Source of the DNA: Sulfurimonas sp.
GTDB lineage: Bacteria; Campylobacterota; Campylobacteria; Campylobacterales; Sulfurimonadaceae
Direction of reading: 5' to 3'
Assembly (NCBI GenBank): GCA_002899765.1
Contig: PPDH01000042.1
Coordinates: 28,284 to 92,283, forward strand
DNA: 64,000 bases
Within the stretch, counting starts at the first letter, position 1; each line of letters opens with the position of its first letter. The notes under the pieces were generated by a model, which did not search any database, was not told the DNA's origin, and saw only the letters and a program-made list of their open reading frames with translations. Below, one piece after another: positions 9,402 to 18,185 of this stretch. The position numbers and the translations under genes are program-made.

Positions 9402-10557
9402 TACACTGCTTTTTTCAGAGGAGCCTCTTGAGGGCTTTATTTCAGAAAATAAAAATGAACAGTTTAGGTATGACTATGAAAAAAATGAAGCTGAGAGCTC
9501 AAAGCTTCGTGATTCATGGATTGCACCTTTAAATCTAAACTACAATTACTCAAAAAGTAATCCTTATACAAAGCAGCAGACTTCCAAGAATGCTTCCATA
9601 AAGATGGATCAGCCTATATTTCAAAGTGGTGGAATTTACTATGGGATTAAGTTTGCACAGGCTTCTAAAATCTACTCCGACTACTCCGTAGATGTTGCGA
9701 AAAGAAAACTTGTTAAAGATGCAGTCTCTCTTTTGATGCAGATAAAACAGATAGATTTGAAGATAAGCAAACAGAAACTGCAGATTGAAAATTCTGAGAT
9801 AAATCTCGCTCAAAAGAGAGAGGATTATCTAAACGGGCAGCTTGATTCAGGTTTTTTAGATAGTGCGATAATCGATAGAAACATTGTTATACAGGCACTT
9901 TATGACCTTCAGACAAACAAAGAGAGATTAATCTCAAAATTTAACGCAATAAGTGATTTGAATCATGAAGAGGCATTTGTTCCGACTTTAAAACTTTTAA
10001 CACAAGAGCAGTTTTTGCAAAATAATATAGTTCTTGGCATGTCTGAGGGCGAGATAGTAAGAAACAGATATGCTCAAGATGTTAGAGTGGCAAAATATCT
10101 TCCAAAGGTAAACCTAACTGCGGGCTATAATTGGGATAAAAGCGATACCCAGTATCAGTTTGGAGCAAATGAGAAAGATTACTACAATATAGGCTTTAAA
10201 GTTACGCTTCCTATTGATATAAACAGCTTTAGAGATGTGGAGTCTGCTAAAATTGACTATTTCAAATCGCAGCTTGTTGCTGAGGATAGAAAAAGAGAGC
10301 TTGTGGCAATTTTTGAACAGGTTATGCAAAATATAGATAATTTTGAGAAGAAAAAACAGCTGAGTGTCGAGAACATGGATATTTACGAGAGACTTTTAGA
10401 AGATACAAATGATTTATTCACAGCAGGATACAAAACGAAGTATGATGTAGAGCTTTTACAAAACTCTGTTGAGATTCAAAAGAGTGATGTGGAGATATAT
10501 GAGATAGATAAACAGCTTGAATTACTCACTCTTTACGAGATGTATAAAGATGATTAG
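9358..10557 (+). CDS. TolC-family outer-membrane efflux protein
   Basis: 399 aa with a signal peptide (MKASKLLIALSILYSTLLFS) and two coiled-coil/beta repeats typical of OEP/TolC proteins. It overlaps the argD 3' end by 44 nt in another frame, with a GAGG ribosome-binding site upstream. Confidence 0.65.
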   Translation: MKASKLLIALSILYSTLLFSEEPLEGFISENKNEQFRYDYEKNEAESSKLRDSWIAPLNLNYNYSKSNPYTKQQTSKNASIKMDQPIFQSGGIYYGIKFAQASKIYSDYSVDVAKRKLVKDAVSLLMQIKQIDLKISKQKLQIENSEINLAQKREDYLNGQLDSGFLDSAIIDRNIVIQALYDLQTNKERLISKFNAISDLNHEEAFVPTLKLLTQEQFLQNNIVLGMSEGEIVRNRYAQDVRVAKYLPKVNLTAGYNWDKSDTQYQFGANEKDYYNIGFKVTLPIDINSFRDVESAKIDYFKSQLVAEDRKRELVAIFEQVMQNIDNFEKKKQLSVENMDIYERLLEDTNDLFTAGYKTKYDVELLQNSVEIQKSDVEIYEIDKQLELLTLYEMYKDD

Positions 10558-10586
10558 AGCTAAAGGTCAATGCAGCGAGGCACTAA

Positions 10587-11585
10587 ATGCCGAGTCGTAG
10601 ATTTAGCGACTACATGTCGGAGTGGCTCTACGGTAAAGAGGGTTACTATGCAACCTATAAAAATATAGGCAAAAGCGGTGATTTCTACACTTCAGTCAGT
10701 ACAAGCAAGTTTTTCGGCGGCACAATCGCAAAGCATATTATCTCTCTTGTTGATGAGGGTTTTTTAGATAAAGATGCTACTATCTGTGAGATAGGTGCGC
10801 ATCACGGCTATTTTTTGGCGGATGTCATAGAGTTCATCTACACACTGCGTCCTGAACTTTTAGAGAGCTTTAACTTTGTCATAATAGAGAGATTTGAAGC
10901 ACTTAGAGAGTTTCAAAAAAACTACTTTGCCGAGAGTTTCGGTGATGCCCTAAAACTTACTCACTATGAATCACTCAGCTCTCTTAAGTGTAAAAATGCC
11001 TTTTTCATAGCAAATGAGATATTTGACGCATTTCCATGCGAGCTCTACTACAAAGGTAAAAGCGCAATAGTAGAGGGTCATGAAGTCATTTTTGACGTAG
11101 ATAATATGTGGGTAGAGCAAAAAGCAAAAAAGTATCATAAAGACAGAGGCGAGATAGCTCTTGGATATGAAGAGTTTGCTCTTGAGATGGCATCTACATG
11201 TGATAAATTTGAGTTTATGAGTTTTGATTACGGAGAGATGCAGGCACGTCCTGATTTTTCATTAAGAGTCTACGCAAAACATGAAGTTATCCCGTTCTTC
11301 GATGAAAATATAAAAACAGAAGAGCTGTTTGCAAAGTCGGATATTACATATGATGTAACATTTGAACATGTAAAGGATGCTTACGAAGAAGCAGGGGTAG
11401 AGTTTATAGAGCTAAAAGCTCAGATGAGCGCTCTTGTTAACATGGGGATTCTAGAGCTTTTAGAGATACTTAAAGAAAACGTCAAAGAAGAGATATATAA
11501 GCAAGAGCTTGAGAAAGTAAAAATATTGATACTGCCAAATTTTCTCGGTGAAAGATTTAAGATGATACGGTTTAGAAAGGGTTAA
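10587..11585 (+). CDS. SAM-dependent methyltransferase, MidA/DUF185-like
   Basis: 332 aa with the pattern YYA...GDFYTSVSTSKFFG ... EIGAHHG ... ANEIFDAFP, as in MidA/NDUFAF7-type methyltransferases. Confidence 0.6.
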   Translation: MPSRRFSDYMSEWLYGKEGYYATYKNIGKSGDFYTSVSTSKFFGGTIAKHIISLVDEGFLDKDATICEIGAHHGYFLADVIEFIYTLRPELLESFNFVIIERFEALREFQKNYFAESFGDALKLTHYESLSSLKCKNAFFIANEIFDAFPCELYYKGKSAIVEGHEVIFDVDNMWVEQKAKKYHKDRGEIALGYEEFALEMASTCDKFEFMSFDYGEMQARPDFSLRVYAKHEVIPFFDENIKTEELFAKSDITYDVTFEHVKDAYEEAGVEFIELKAQMSALVNMGILELLEILKENVKEEIYKQELEKVKILILPNFLGERFKMIRFRKG

Positions 11586-11586
11586 A

Positions 11587-11618
11587 ATATGACATGTCAA
11601 AGGGCATGTCATATTTTT
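11587..11618. terminator. Rho-independent, probably bidirectional terminator between the methyltransferase gene and pilT
   Basis: Perfect 10-bp inverted repeat ATATGACATG (11587-11596) / CATGTCATAT (11605-11614), followed by TTTTT. It sits in a convergent gap. Confidence 0.7.
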
Positions 11619-12699
11619 ACATATTGTGAATTATCTTCATCAACTCTTCGGGTCTGTTTGAAGCCGTAATTGCGACCTCTTTTGAAATAACTTTTTTACG
11701 AAGCAGCACTAATAGTTGGTCTGTTTGTGTAGTCATATTTGTCTCATTCTGGTTTAACTGCATTTGAGAGTAGATTTGGTGGACTTTATCTTCTCTGATT
11801 AAGTTTTGAATAGCAGGATTTGTTATGAGAACTTCTTGCGTTGCAACTATACCGCCTCCGATTCTTGGCATAAGAGATTGGGATATGACAGAGATAAGCG
11901 AAGATGCGAGCTGTGCTCTTACTTGTGCCTGCTCTCCTGCATCAAAAACATCGATAATACGGTTGATTGTTGCAGGTGCGGAATTTGTATGCAGAGTTCC
12001 AAAAACTATGTGTCCGGTCTCAGCTGCGGTAAGAGCTGCAGAAATAGTCTCTTTATCTCTCATTTCACCTACTAGAATAACATCGGGATCTTGTCTTAGT
12101 GCATATTTGAGAGCTGTTGCAAATGAGTTTGTGTCTGCACCGACTTCTCTTTGAGAAAAAAGTGATTTGATGTTTGTATGAACAAACTCAACCGGATCTT
12201 CGATAGTAATGATATGCTTACTTACGGTCAAATTAATTTCATGAAGCATTGATGCAAGAGTAGTTGACTTACCGCTGCCCGTAGGTCCTGTTACGAGAAT
12301 AAGCCCCTTTTCTCTTTTGACAAGCTCTTTAAAGATTGGGTTGTTGTTAAATTTCTCAAGCGGCGGAATATCTATGGGAATCATACGAAATGCACATGCA
12401 ATACCGCCGATTGTTCTGTAGTAGTTAGCACGAAAACGTCCAACATTTTCAAGTTCAAAAGAGAAGTCAAGTTCATTTTTCTCTTCAAATATTTTCTTTT
12501 GCTTATCCTCAATAAGAGCATAAGCCATCTCTTCTATCTCTTTGGCATTTAATATAGGAAGGTTAAGAGGTTTTAGTGATTTGTCAATTCTGATTTGAGG
12601 TTCACTCCCCGGAACAAGATGTAAGTCCGAAGAGTCAAAGTGTAAAACACTTTTGAGCAGTTTTTTGATATCAATGGGTTTTTTTGTTTCTTCACTCAT
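11617..12699 (-). CDS. pilT: Type IV pilus retraction ATPase PilT-family protein
   Basis: 360 aa with a Walker A motif (GPTGSGKSTT), Asp box, Walker B (ILVGEMRD) and the PilT-specific motif HIVFGTLHTNSA. Confidence 0.85.
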   Translation of the reverse strand: MSEETKKPIDIKKLLKSVLHFDSSDLHLVPGSEPQIRIDKSLKPLNLPILNAKEIEEMAYALIEDKQKKIFEEKNELDFSFELENVGRFRANYYRTIGGIACAFRMIPIDIPPLEKFNNNPIFKELVKREKGLILVTGPTGSGKSTTLASMLHEINLTVSKHIITIEDPVEFVHTNIKSLFSQREVGADTNSFATALKYALRQDPDVILVGEMRDKETISAALTAAETGHIVFGTLHTNSAPATINRIIDVFDAGEQAQVRAQLASSLISVISQSLMPRIGGGIVATQEVLITNPAIQNLIREDKVHQIYSQMQLNQNETNMTTQTDQLLVLLRKKVISKEVAITASNRPEELMKIIHNM

Positions 12700-12713
12700 A
12701 GCATGTCACGGTA

Positions 12714-13004
12714 TTACTCAATTATCTTAGGAACAATAAAGAAGTTATCGTCGCTAAGCGGTGCATTTTTAAGTATGCTCTCGTTTATATCCGTATTGCA
12801 ATATGGAGTGTCCTCTCTTAGCAGAGTTGCTTCGTCGTTCATTGCAAATTTATCATCCACGCTCTCAGTATTTAACTCACTTAAATTATCTACAAAACTT
12901 ACAATTTCGGAGAGCTGATTTATAATCTCTTCTCTTTTTTCATCTGAAACTTTTAAAAATGAGAGTTTTTCAAGCCTGCTTAAGAGTTCATTATCTACTT
13001 GCAT
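12714..13004 (-). CDS. gatC: Asp-tRNA(Asn)/Glu-tRNA(Gln) amidotransferase subunit C
   Basis: 96 aa with a GatC-like sequence (LSRLEKLSFLKVSDEKREEIINQLSEIVSFVDNLSELN). Confidence 0.8.
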   Translation of the reverse strand: MQVDNELLSRLEKLSFLKVSDEKREEIINQLSEIVSFVDNLSELNTESVDDKFAMNDEATLLREDTPYCNTDINESILKNAPLSDDNFFIVPKIIE

Positions 13005-13113
13005 GTAACTATTCCTTCATAACGATTTATAGGATTGTAACAAAAAATATCTATCTATTTGATGAAACTTTAACAAACTATGCGATATTATTTTGAACTT
13101 TTAATGATTAGAG

Positions 13114-13716
13114 ATGAAAAGGAATATTTTGAGCTTACAAGAGAATATCAAAATGGTAAAAGAGGAGTTAAACTCCGAAGAAAAGTTTTTTGAAAAAGCG
13201 GTAATGACTGAGAAATTTGTAAAAAAATATAAAAATGTAATGATAGCTTCAGTAGTTGCCGTAATTTTGCTCGTGGGTGCAAATATCGTATATGATATTA
13301 GTGAAGAAAATAAAATTACAGCGGCGAATAGTGCTCTTTTAAAACTGCAAACAGATTCAACTGACACCGCTTCACTTGCAGAATTAAAAAACCTAAGTCC
13401 AAATTTGCATGATGCATGGTTATATTTGCAAGCAGTTACAAATAAAGACATGGAGGCAATCAAGAGTTTAGAAAGTTCAAAAGCGTTAATCGTAAACGAC
13501 TTGGCTAAATACGAAGCAGCTGCAAACCCTGCGTCGCTTGAGGAGTATGCTTCAAAGCAAAATGCAATATATAGAGACTTTGCATTGGTTCAAAGTGCCG
13601 TAATGCTTTTAAATGAAAATAAAATAGATAAAGCACGAAGCGTACTTTCAAAAGTATCAAAAGAGTCCTCATTAAACGACTTAGTTGCAGTTCTTATGCA
13701 CTATGGAGTGAAATAA
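13114..13716 (+). CDS. YfgM-like membrane-anchored TPR-type protein
   Basis: 200 aa with a single N-terminal TM helix (MIASVVAVILLVGANIV) and a helical C-terminal domain. It is followed by a beta-propeller lipoprotein, as in the E. coli yfgM-bamB arrangement. Confidence 0.45.
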   Translation: MKRNILSLQENIKMVKEELNSEEKFFEKAVMTEKFVKKYKNVMIASVVAVILLVGANIVYDISEENKITAANSALLKLQTDSTDTASLAELKNLSPNLHDAWLYLQAVTNKDMEAIKSLESSKALIVNDLAKYEAAANPASLEEYASKQNAIYRDFALVQSAVMLLNENKIDKARSVLSKVSKESSLNDLVAVLMHYGVK

Positions 13717-13720
13717 TATT

Positions 13721-14716
13721 TTGAAAACTTTATTTCTAGTTCTTATATCGCTATTTGTTCTTGTTTTTAGCGCATGCAGCTCCAAAGAAGTATATAAACC
13801 TTTAAATGTTAAAGATGATTGGAAACACTGCGCAAGCAGCAACATGACAATAGAAGATATATCGCCTGATGCAGCATTGGTTGAAGGTAGAAAAGTTTTG
13901 CTTAAAGGTAAGGTTATCGATATCATGATTCCTGAGCAAGATAAGCTTTTGGGTTATAGTGACGGATGGGTAATGCATGCCGATATTGACGGAAATTTAA
14001 CTCTTAACTATGCAACAGATAGCAAAATGATAGAGAAGTTTAGTCTAAAAAGAACTATAGCAACTGCAGGGATTAAAGATGACCTTCTTGCCGTTCTTTT
14101 TGCAAACAATGAGATGGCTTTGTACTCAATAGCCGATAAATCGCTTCTTTTAAAAGAGCAGGGTGATGCACCGATAGTTGTAAATTCAAAGATAGTAAAA
14201 CCATATATCAAAGACGATTTGGTTATATTTTCAACACTTGACGGAAAAGTTGTTATTATAAATTCAAAAACTAAAAAGAAACTTAGAACCGTGATAGTGG
14301 GCACTCAAGAACAATTCAACAACATTATATATTTCAATCTTTTAGAAAATAAAATTATTGCCGCAACGGGGCATAAGATTCTCTCACTTGCTCAAAAAGA
14401 GATTAGGTCCGAACATGATATTCGAAATGTTGTCTCTGATGAAAAAAATATTTATATTGCGACCAAACAGGGCGAAATTATATCTTTAACTTCCGAGCTT
14501 CAACAAAATGCGGTATTAAAGTTTCCTTTTGCCCACTTTATGGGAATGATTGTTCATGGAGAGCATCTATATGCTTTAGAAAAAGAGGGATATATTATTG
14601 AAATCTCAAAAGATTTAGCAAAATACAGTGTTTATGAAGCATGCATAGATGAGGGTTATGTGTATATTGAGGGAAAAATCTTTTTTGTAGGCGATAAATA
14701 TATATCGGTAGAGTAG
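13721..14716 (+). CDS. Lipoprotein, PQQ/BamB-like beta-propeller
   Basis: 331 aa. Lipobox (LVFSAC) follows the signal peptide. Repeated strand motifs are present (DIDGNLTL, STLDGKVVIIN, ATKQGEIISL). Confidence 0.5.
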   Translation: MKTLFLVLISLFVLVFSACSSKEVYKPLNVKDDWKHCASSNMTIEDISPDAALVEGRKVLLKGKVIDIMIPEQDKLLGYSDGWVMHADIDGNLTLNYATDSKMIEKFSLKRTIATAGIKDDLLAVLFANNEMALYSIADKSLLLKEQGDAPIVVNSKIVKPYIKDDLVIFSTLDGKVVIINSKTKKKLRTVIVGTQEQFNNIIYFNLLENKIIAATGHKILSLAQKEIRSEHDIRNVVSDEKNIYIATKQGEIISLTSELQQNAVLKFPFAHFMGMIVHGEHLYALEKEGYIIEISKDLAKYSVYEACIDEGYVYIEGKIFFVGDKYISVE

Positions 14717-14719
14717 ACA

Positions 14720-15547
14720 ATGTCAAGCGAGCTAGAGGCATTTATTGAATATATAAGTGTTATAAAAGCTCTTAGTAAAAAAAGTGTTCAAGCATATCAA
14801 AGCGATTTAGTAGGTCTTGAGGAGATTCTTAAAAAACCTCTTATAAAACTTGATTCTAATTTGCTTTTTAGCGCTCTTAGCATGTATAAAAATAAAAGAA
14901 CGCTAAATCGAAAACTCTCTTCGGTAAACGCCTTTTTTGATTTTTGTTATAAAAGTCAATTCTGCGGTGAAAAAACAAAACTAAAATTTTCAAAAATCCC
15001 AAAACTTCTTCCAAAGTTTTTATCATACACTGAGATACAAAACGGATTAGAACAGATTGATAGGAGCACTTTAACCGGAGTACGCGATTATGCACTCATC
15101 ATTTTTTTATATGCAACCGGTACAAGGATAAGCGAATGTCTTGGGCTAAGTAAAGAAGATATAGAAGGCGAATGGCTTCATGTAAGACATGCAAAAGGGG
15201 AGAAAGAGCGTATGGTTCCCATTGCAAAAGTTGCTCTAAAAGCTCTGCAGGAGTACATAAGTCAAAAGAAGAGAGAGGATGCTTTTGTCTGGTCCAACTA
15301 TAAAGGCGGCAAACTTAGCCGTATATCGGCATATAAGATAACGCAAAAGTATTTGGGAGTATCTCCACATGTACTTCGCCACTCTTATGCGACATCACTA
15401 ATATCGGGAGGAGCAGATTTGCGTGTAGTTAAAGAGCTTTTAGGGCATGCCTCTCTTTTGACTACGCAAATTTATACGCATATACAAAAGCAAGACCTCA
15501 AAGAAACTGTGGAAGTATGTCATCCTATGGCAAAGGAGAGTTTATGA
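14720..15547 (+). CDS. Tyrosine site-specific recombinase, Xer family
   Basis: 275 aa with catalytic motifs: ATGTRISE (Arg I), HVLRHSYAT (H-x-x-R), LLGHASLLTTQIYTH (catalytic Tyr). I see no flanking att-like repeats or cargo, so I read it as chromosomal Xer rather than a mobile-element integrase. Confidence 0.75.
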   Translation: MSSELEAFIEYISVIKALSKKSVQAYQSDLVGLEEILKKPLIKLDSNLLFSALSMYKNKRTLNRKLSSVNAFFDFCYKSQFCGEKTKLKFSKIPKLLPKFLSYTEIQNGLEQIDRSTLTGVRDYALIIFLYATGTRISECLGLSKEDIEGEWLHVRHAKGEKERMVPIAKVALKALQEYISQKKREDAFVWSNYKGGKLSRISAYKITQKYLGVSPHVLRHSYATSLISGGADLRVVKELLGHASLLTTQIYTHIQKQDLKETVEVCHPMAKESL

Positions 15548-16017
15548 ATAGAGTAAAAAACAGTTTCTTCTCCAGACCCTTTTTAGAGTCGCTTTTTTTC
15601 ATTCAAAACAAGTGGCATCAATACGGAGTCTTGCTTCATACACTTCGAGTTTTATACTATATTTTAAAAGCAGGAGAGTTTAAATTTTTTGCCGCAGGAA
15701 TTTTACATGATATCGGCAAGCCGTTTTGTGCTTATAAAAAAGATGATGAAGACAGAGAATTTGGGGAGTATAGTTTTACCGACCATGAAGAGAGAAGTTA
15801 TGAGATAATAAAAGATTGGCCTTTTGTAAGTGAATATACAAAAAAAATTGTCCGTTATCACTACTTAATAAGAGATATTGTTAAAAGTAAAGAAGAAGAT
15901 TTGCTAAGATACGAGAGTAAAAAAAAGATTTGGGAGACTCTGGATTTGGAATTAAAAAAAGATTTGGAAAAATTTATGTTATTTGATTATTTAGGAAAAG
16001 GAAAAAAAAGAAGATAG
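15544..16017 (+). CDS. Small HD-domain phosphohydrolase
   Basis: HD motif (GILHDIGKP). I prefer the ATG at 15544, which has AAGGAG 7 nt upstream and overlaps the xer stop as ATGA, over the longer ORF-track start at 15517. Confidence 0.65.
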   Translation: MNRVKNSFFSRPFLESLFFIQNKWHQYGVLLHTLRVLYYILKAGEFKFFAAGILHDIGKPFCAYKKDDEDREFGEYSFTDHEERSYEIIKDWPFVSEYTKKIVRYHYLIRDIVKSKEEDLLRYESKKKIWETLDLELKKDLEKFMLFDYLGKGKKRR

Positions 16018-16092
16018 ATTTGGCTCCAAATCTAGCACAAATGTAACAAAAAGAGTGTAAAATTTATTTTTATTTAAGATAGAAGGTTTGTA

Positions 16093-16596
16093 ATGAAAAA
16101 AATTATCCCTTTATACGTAGTTTTGATTTTAGTTGTATTGATTGTTGTAATCTTTTTTTCTTTAGGCACATCTACAAAAATGGTTGTCGTAAAAGATGGA
16201 AATATCAAACAAATTCCAATTGAAATGCAAATCGGTGTATATCAAGACGGTGATTGCGGAATGGTTATAGATGAGCTAAAGGATGCTTCTCAGGTTATTA
16301 TAAAAAGTGGAAAAACTTGGTTTTTTCATGACCACGGCGGATTTGTCAGATGGCTTGAAGATAAAGAGTTTAGAGATAGTGCAAAAATATGGGTTATGAG
16401 CAGAGATACAAAGAGATGGATAGATGCCAAAGAAGCATTTTACTCTCGTGTAGATGAGACACCGATGGGATACGGTTTTGGTGCTTATGAAAAAAATAGA
16501 GAAGATTTTATAGATTTTGATACAATGCGTCTTAGAATGTTAAGGGGAGAAACGCTGCGTAATCCGCTTATCAGAAAACAGCTTTTAGGAAAATAG
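16093..16596 (+). CDS. NosL-like membrane-anchored metallochaperone-type protein
   Basis: 167 aa with an N-terminal TM helix, the motif DGDCGMVI, a later WVMSRDTKRWIDAKEAFY and TPMGYGFGAY, all matching the NosL family pattern as I remember it. Confidence 0.5.
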   Translation: MKKIIPLYVVLILVVLIVVIFFSLGTSTKMVVVKDGNIKQIPIEMQIGVYQDGDCGMVIDELKDASQVIIKSGKTWFFHDHGGFVRWLEDKEFRDSAKIWVMSRDTKRWIDAKEAFYSRVDETPMGYGFGAYEKNREDFIDFDTMRLRMLRGETLRNPLIRKQLLGK

Positions 16597-16606
16597 TAAA
16601 AAAATA

Positions 16607-17320
16607 ATGGAAACGGTAAATATACTAAGCATTATCAGCATCGCATTTTTAGGCTCATTTGGACATTGTATAGGGATGTGCGGCGGTATAGTTCTGGCAT
16701 ATTCAACCATAAAAATTGATCCAAAAAGCTCCAAAGTTTCGCAGAGTACCGCGCATCTGCTTTATTCGTTTGGCAGAGTATTTACCTACTCAATTTTAGG
16801 TGCAATATTTGGAGCACTCGGCGGAGTTGTAACATTTAGTAATACTGCAAACGGTGTGATGCTTCTTATTGCAGGGGTAGCAATGGTTCTTGCAGGACTC
16901 TCTCTTATGGGTAAAATAAAATTTTTAACCTTAATAGAGCACTCATTTTCATCATCGTCGTTTTATAGAAATTTATTTAAAAAAGTATTAAATTCCAAAT
17001 CAAACTCTAGTTTTTTTATTCTTGGCATGTTAAACGGTCTTCTGCCATGCGGATTTGTCTATTTTTTTGCCATAACGGCGGCAAGTACGGCAAGTCCTTT
17101 CTATGGCGCCTTGGTTATGGCAATATTTGGTTTAAGTACAATTCCCGCAATGTTTTCTCTGGGTTTTTTAGCATCTTTATCAAGTGCTACAAACTTTAGA
17201 AATATGATGGTGAGTCTCTCTTCTTTTGCAGTTATTGTTTATGGCGTTTATACGATTTACAACGGCTATGATTATATAGTTAGACCTGAAAAAACATTAA
17301 CTGAGTGCCATAGTAAATAA
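16607..17320 (+). CDS. UreH-like / DsbD_2-family integral membrane protein (TauE/SafE-like)
   Basis: 237 aa, six predicted TM segments, signature GHCIGMCGG in TM1 and LLPCGFVY later. Confidence 0.6.
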   Translation: METVNILSIISIAFLGSFGHCIGMCGGIVLAYSTIKIDPKSSKVSQSTAHLLYSFGRVFTYSILGAIFGALGGVVTFSNTANGVMLLIAGVAMVLAGLSLMGKIKFLTLIEHSFSSSSFYRNLFKKVLNSKSNSSFFILGMLNGLLPCGFVYFFAITAASTASPFYGALVMAIFGLSTIPAMFSLGFLASLSSATNFRNMMVSLSSFAVIVYGVYTIYNGYDYIVRPEKTLTECHSK

Positions 17321-17337
17321 TTTTTTTGGCTTTTACT

Positions 17338-17346
17338 TGCTATAAT
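17338..17346 (+). promoter_or_regulatory. Extended -10 promoter element (TGnTATAAT) upstream of the HDOD-polA gene string
   Basis: TGCTATAAT at 17338-17346, preceded by a T-rich tract, 24 nt upstream of the TTG start at 17370. Confidence 0.45.
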
Positions 17347-17369
17347 AAGTACTAAAAAAGGTATCAACT

Positions 17370-18185
17370 TTGAAAAGCTCAATTATTGATAGCATAAAGT
17401 CGCTCCCTCCTCTTTCTGCTACGATTGTAGAAATAAACAGAATTTATGCCGATGAAAATTCAACAATAAAAGATATGGCAAAAGCAATAGAGCATGACCA
17501 TATGATTATTGCAAATATTTTAAAGATTGCAAATTCACCTCTTTATGGGTTTGGCAAAGAGATTAAAAATGCCGCTCAAGCAGTTAGTCTTTTTGGAATG
17601 AATATGACCCGTACTATTGCACTGGGAAATTCGGTAAAAAAACTTTTAAACGTGGATATGCAGCCTTATAAAATTACCTCTGAAGAGTTTGCACATATCT
17701 CATCGCTTCAAGCAGCATTGATGTTTAACTGGTATATAAAAATCAATAGACATAAAGCTGAAGAACTCTATTTGGCAGCTTTTTTACAAGAGACGGGAAA
17801 GATACTCATAGCGAGCGAAATTATTCAAAATGATGAAACCATAAGCTTTGCAAGCGAAATAGAAAATTCCAATAATATCGCCACGGTTGAGAAAGCTTAT
17901 TTGGATGCTACAAGCGGGGAGGTTACGGCATTGGTGTTTAAGCATTGGGGATTTGAGAGTGATTTTATCGAGATGATAAAATATTCGGACAATCCATCAG
18001 AAGCTCCTGATGATATAAAAGAGTTCTCAACGGCTCTAAATATTATAAAAACCATAGTTCCTATAAACAAACCTTTTTCTGAGATGTCCATAAATTTCGG
18101 ATTGAAAAAGGCAAGTGATGCAGGTTACAATGTTGCTCTTTTAGAAGAGGCTATCGCTCAAACAGCGGATAGTTTAAATACATGA
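17370..18185 (+). CDS. HDOD-domain signalling protein
   Basis: 271 aa. LPPLSATIVEINRIYADENSTIKDMAKAIEHDHMIIANILKIANSPLYGF is a typical HDOD N-terminus. It has a TTG start with an AAAGG ribosome-binding site, and an ATGA overlap with polA. Confidence 0.75.
   Translation: MKSSIIDSIKSLPPLSATIVEINRIYADENSTIKDMAKAIEHDHMIIANILKIANSPLYGFGKEIKNAAQAVSLFGMNMTRTIALGNSVKKLLNVDMQPYKITSEEFAHISSLQAALMFNWYIKINRHKAEELYLAAFLQETGKILIASEIIQNDETISFASEIENSNNIATVEKAYLDATSGEVTALVFKHWGFESDFIEMIKYSDNPSEAPDDIKEFSTALNIIKTIVPINKPFSEMSINFGLKKASDAGYNVALLEEAIAQTADSLNT

Noticed and set aside
11806-12154. Plus-strand ORFs of 89 and 109 aa inside pilT, and similar short antisense ORFs throughout the track (for example 648-884, 8433-8828, 12703-12918, 19860-20150, 47819-48256)
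   Set aside because: All are nested antisense or off-frame within long ORFs that have strong family motifs. They have no ribosome-binding sites or recognisable motifs.
14720-15547. Tyrosine recombinase as the marker of an integrated mobile element
   Set aside because: The flanking genes are housekeeping (a BamB-like lipoprotein, an HD protein, polA further on). The neighbours are tightly coupled (a 3-nt gap upstream, an ATGA overlap downstream). There is no tRNA, direct repeat or phage or transposon cargo. This is consistent with a chromosomal Xer recombinase.
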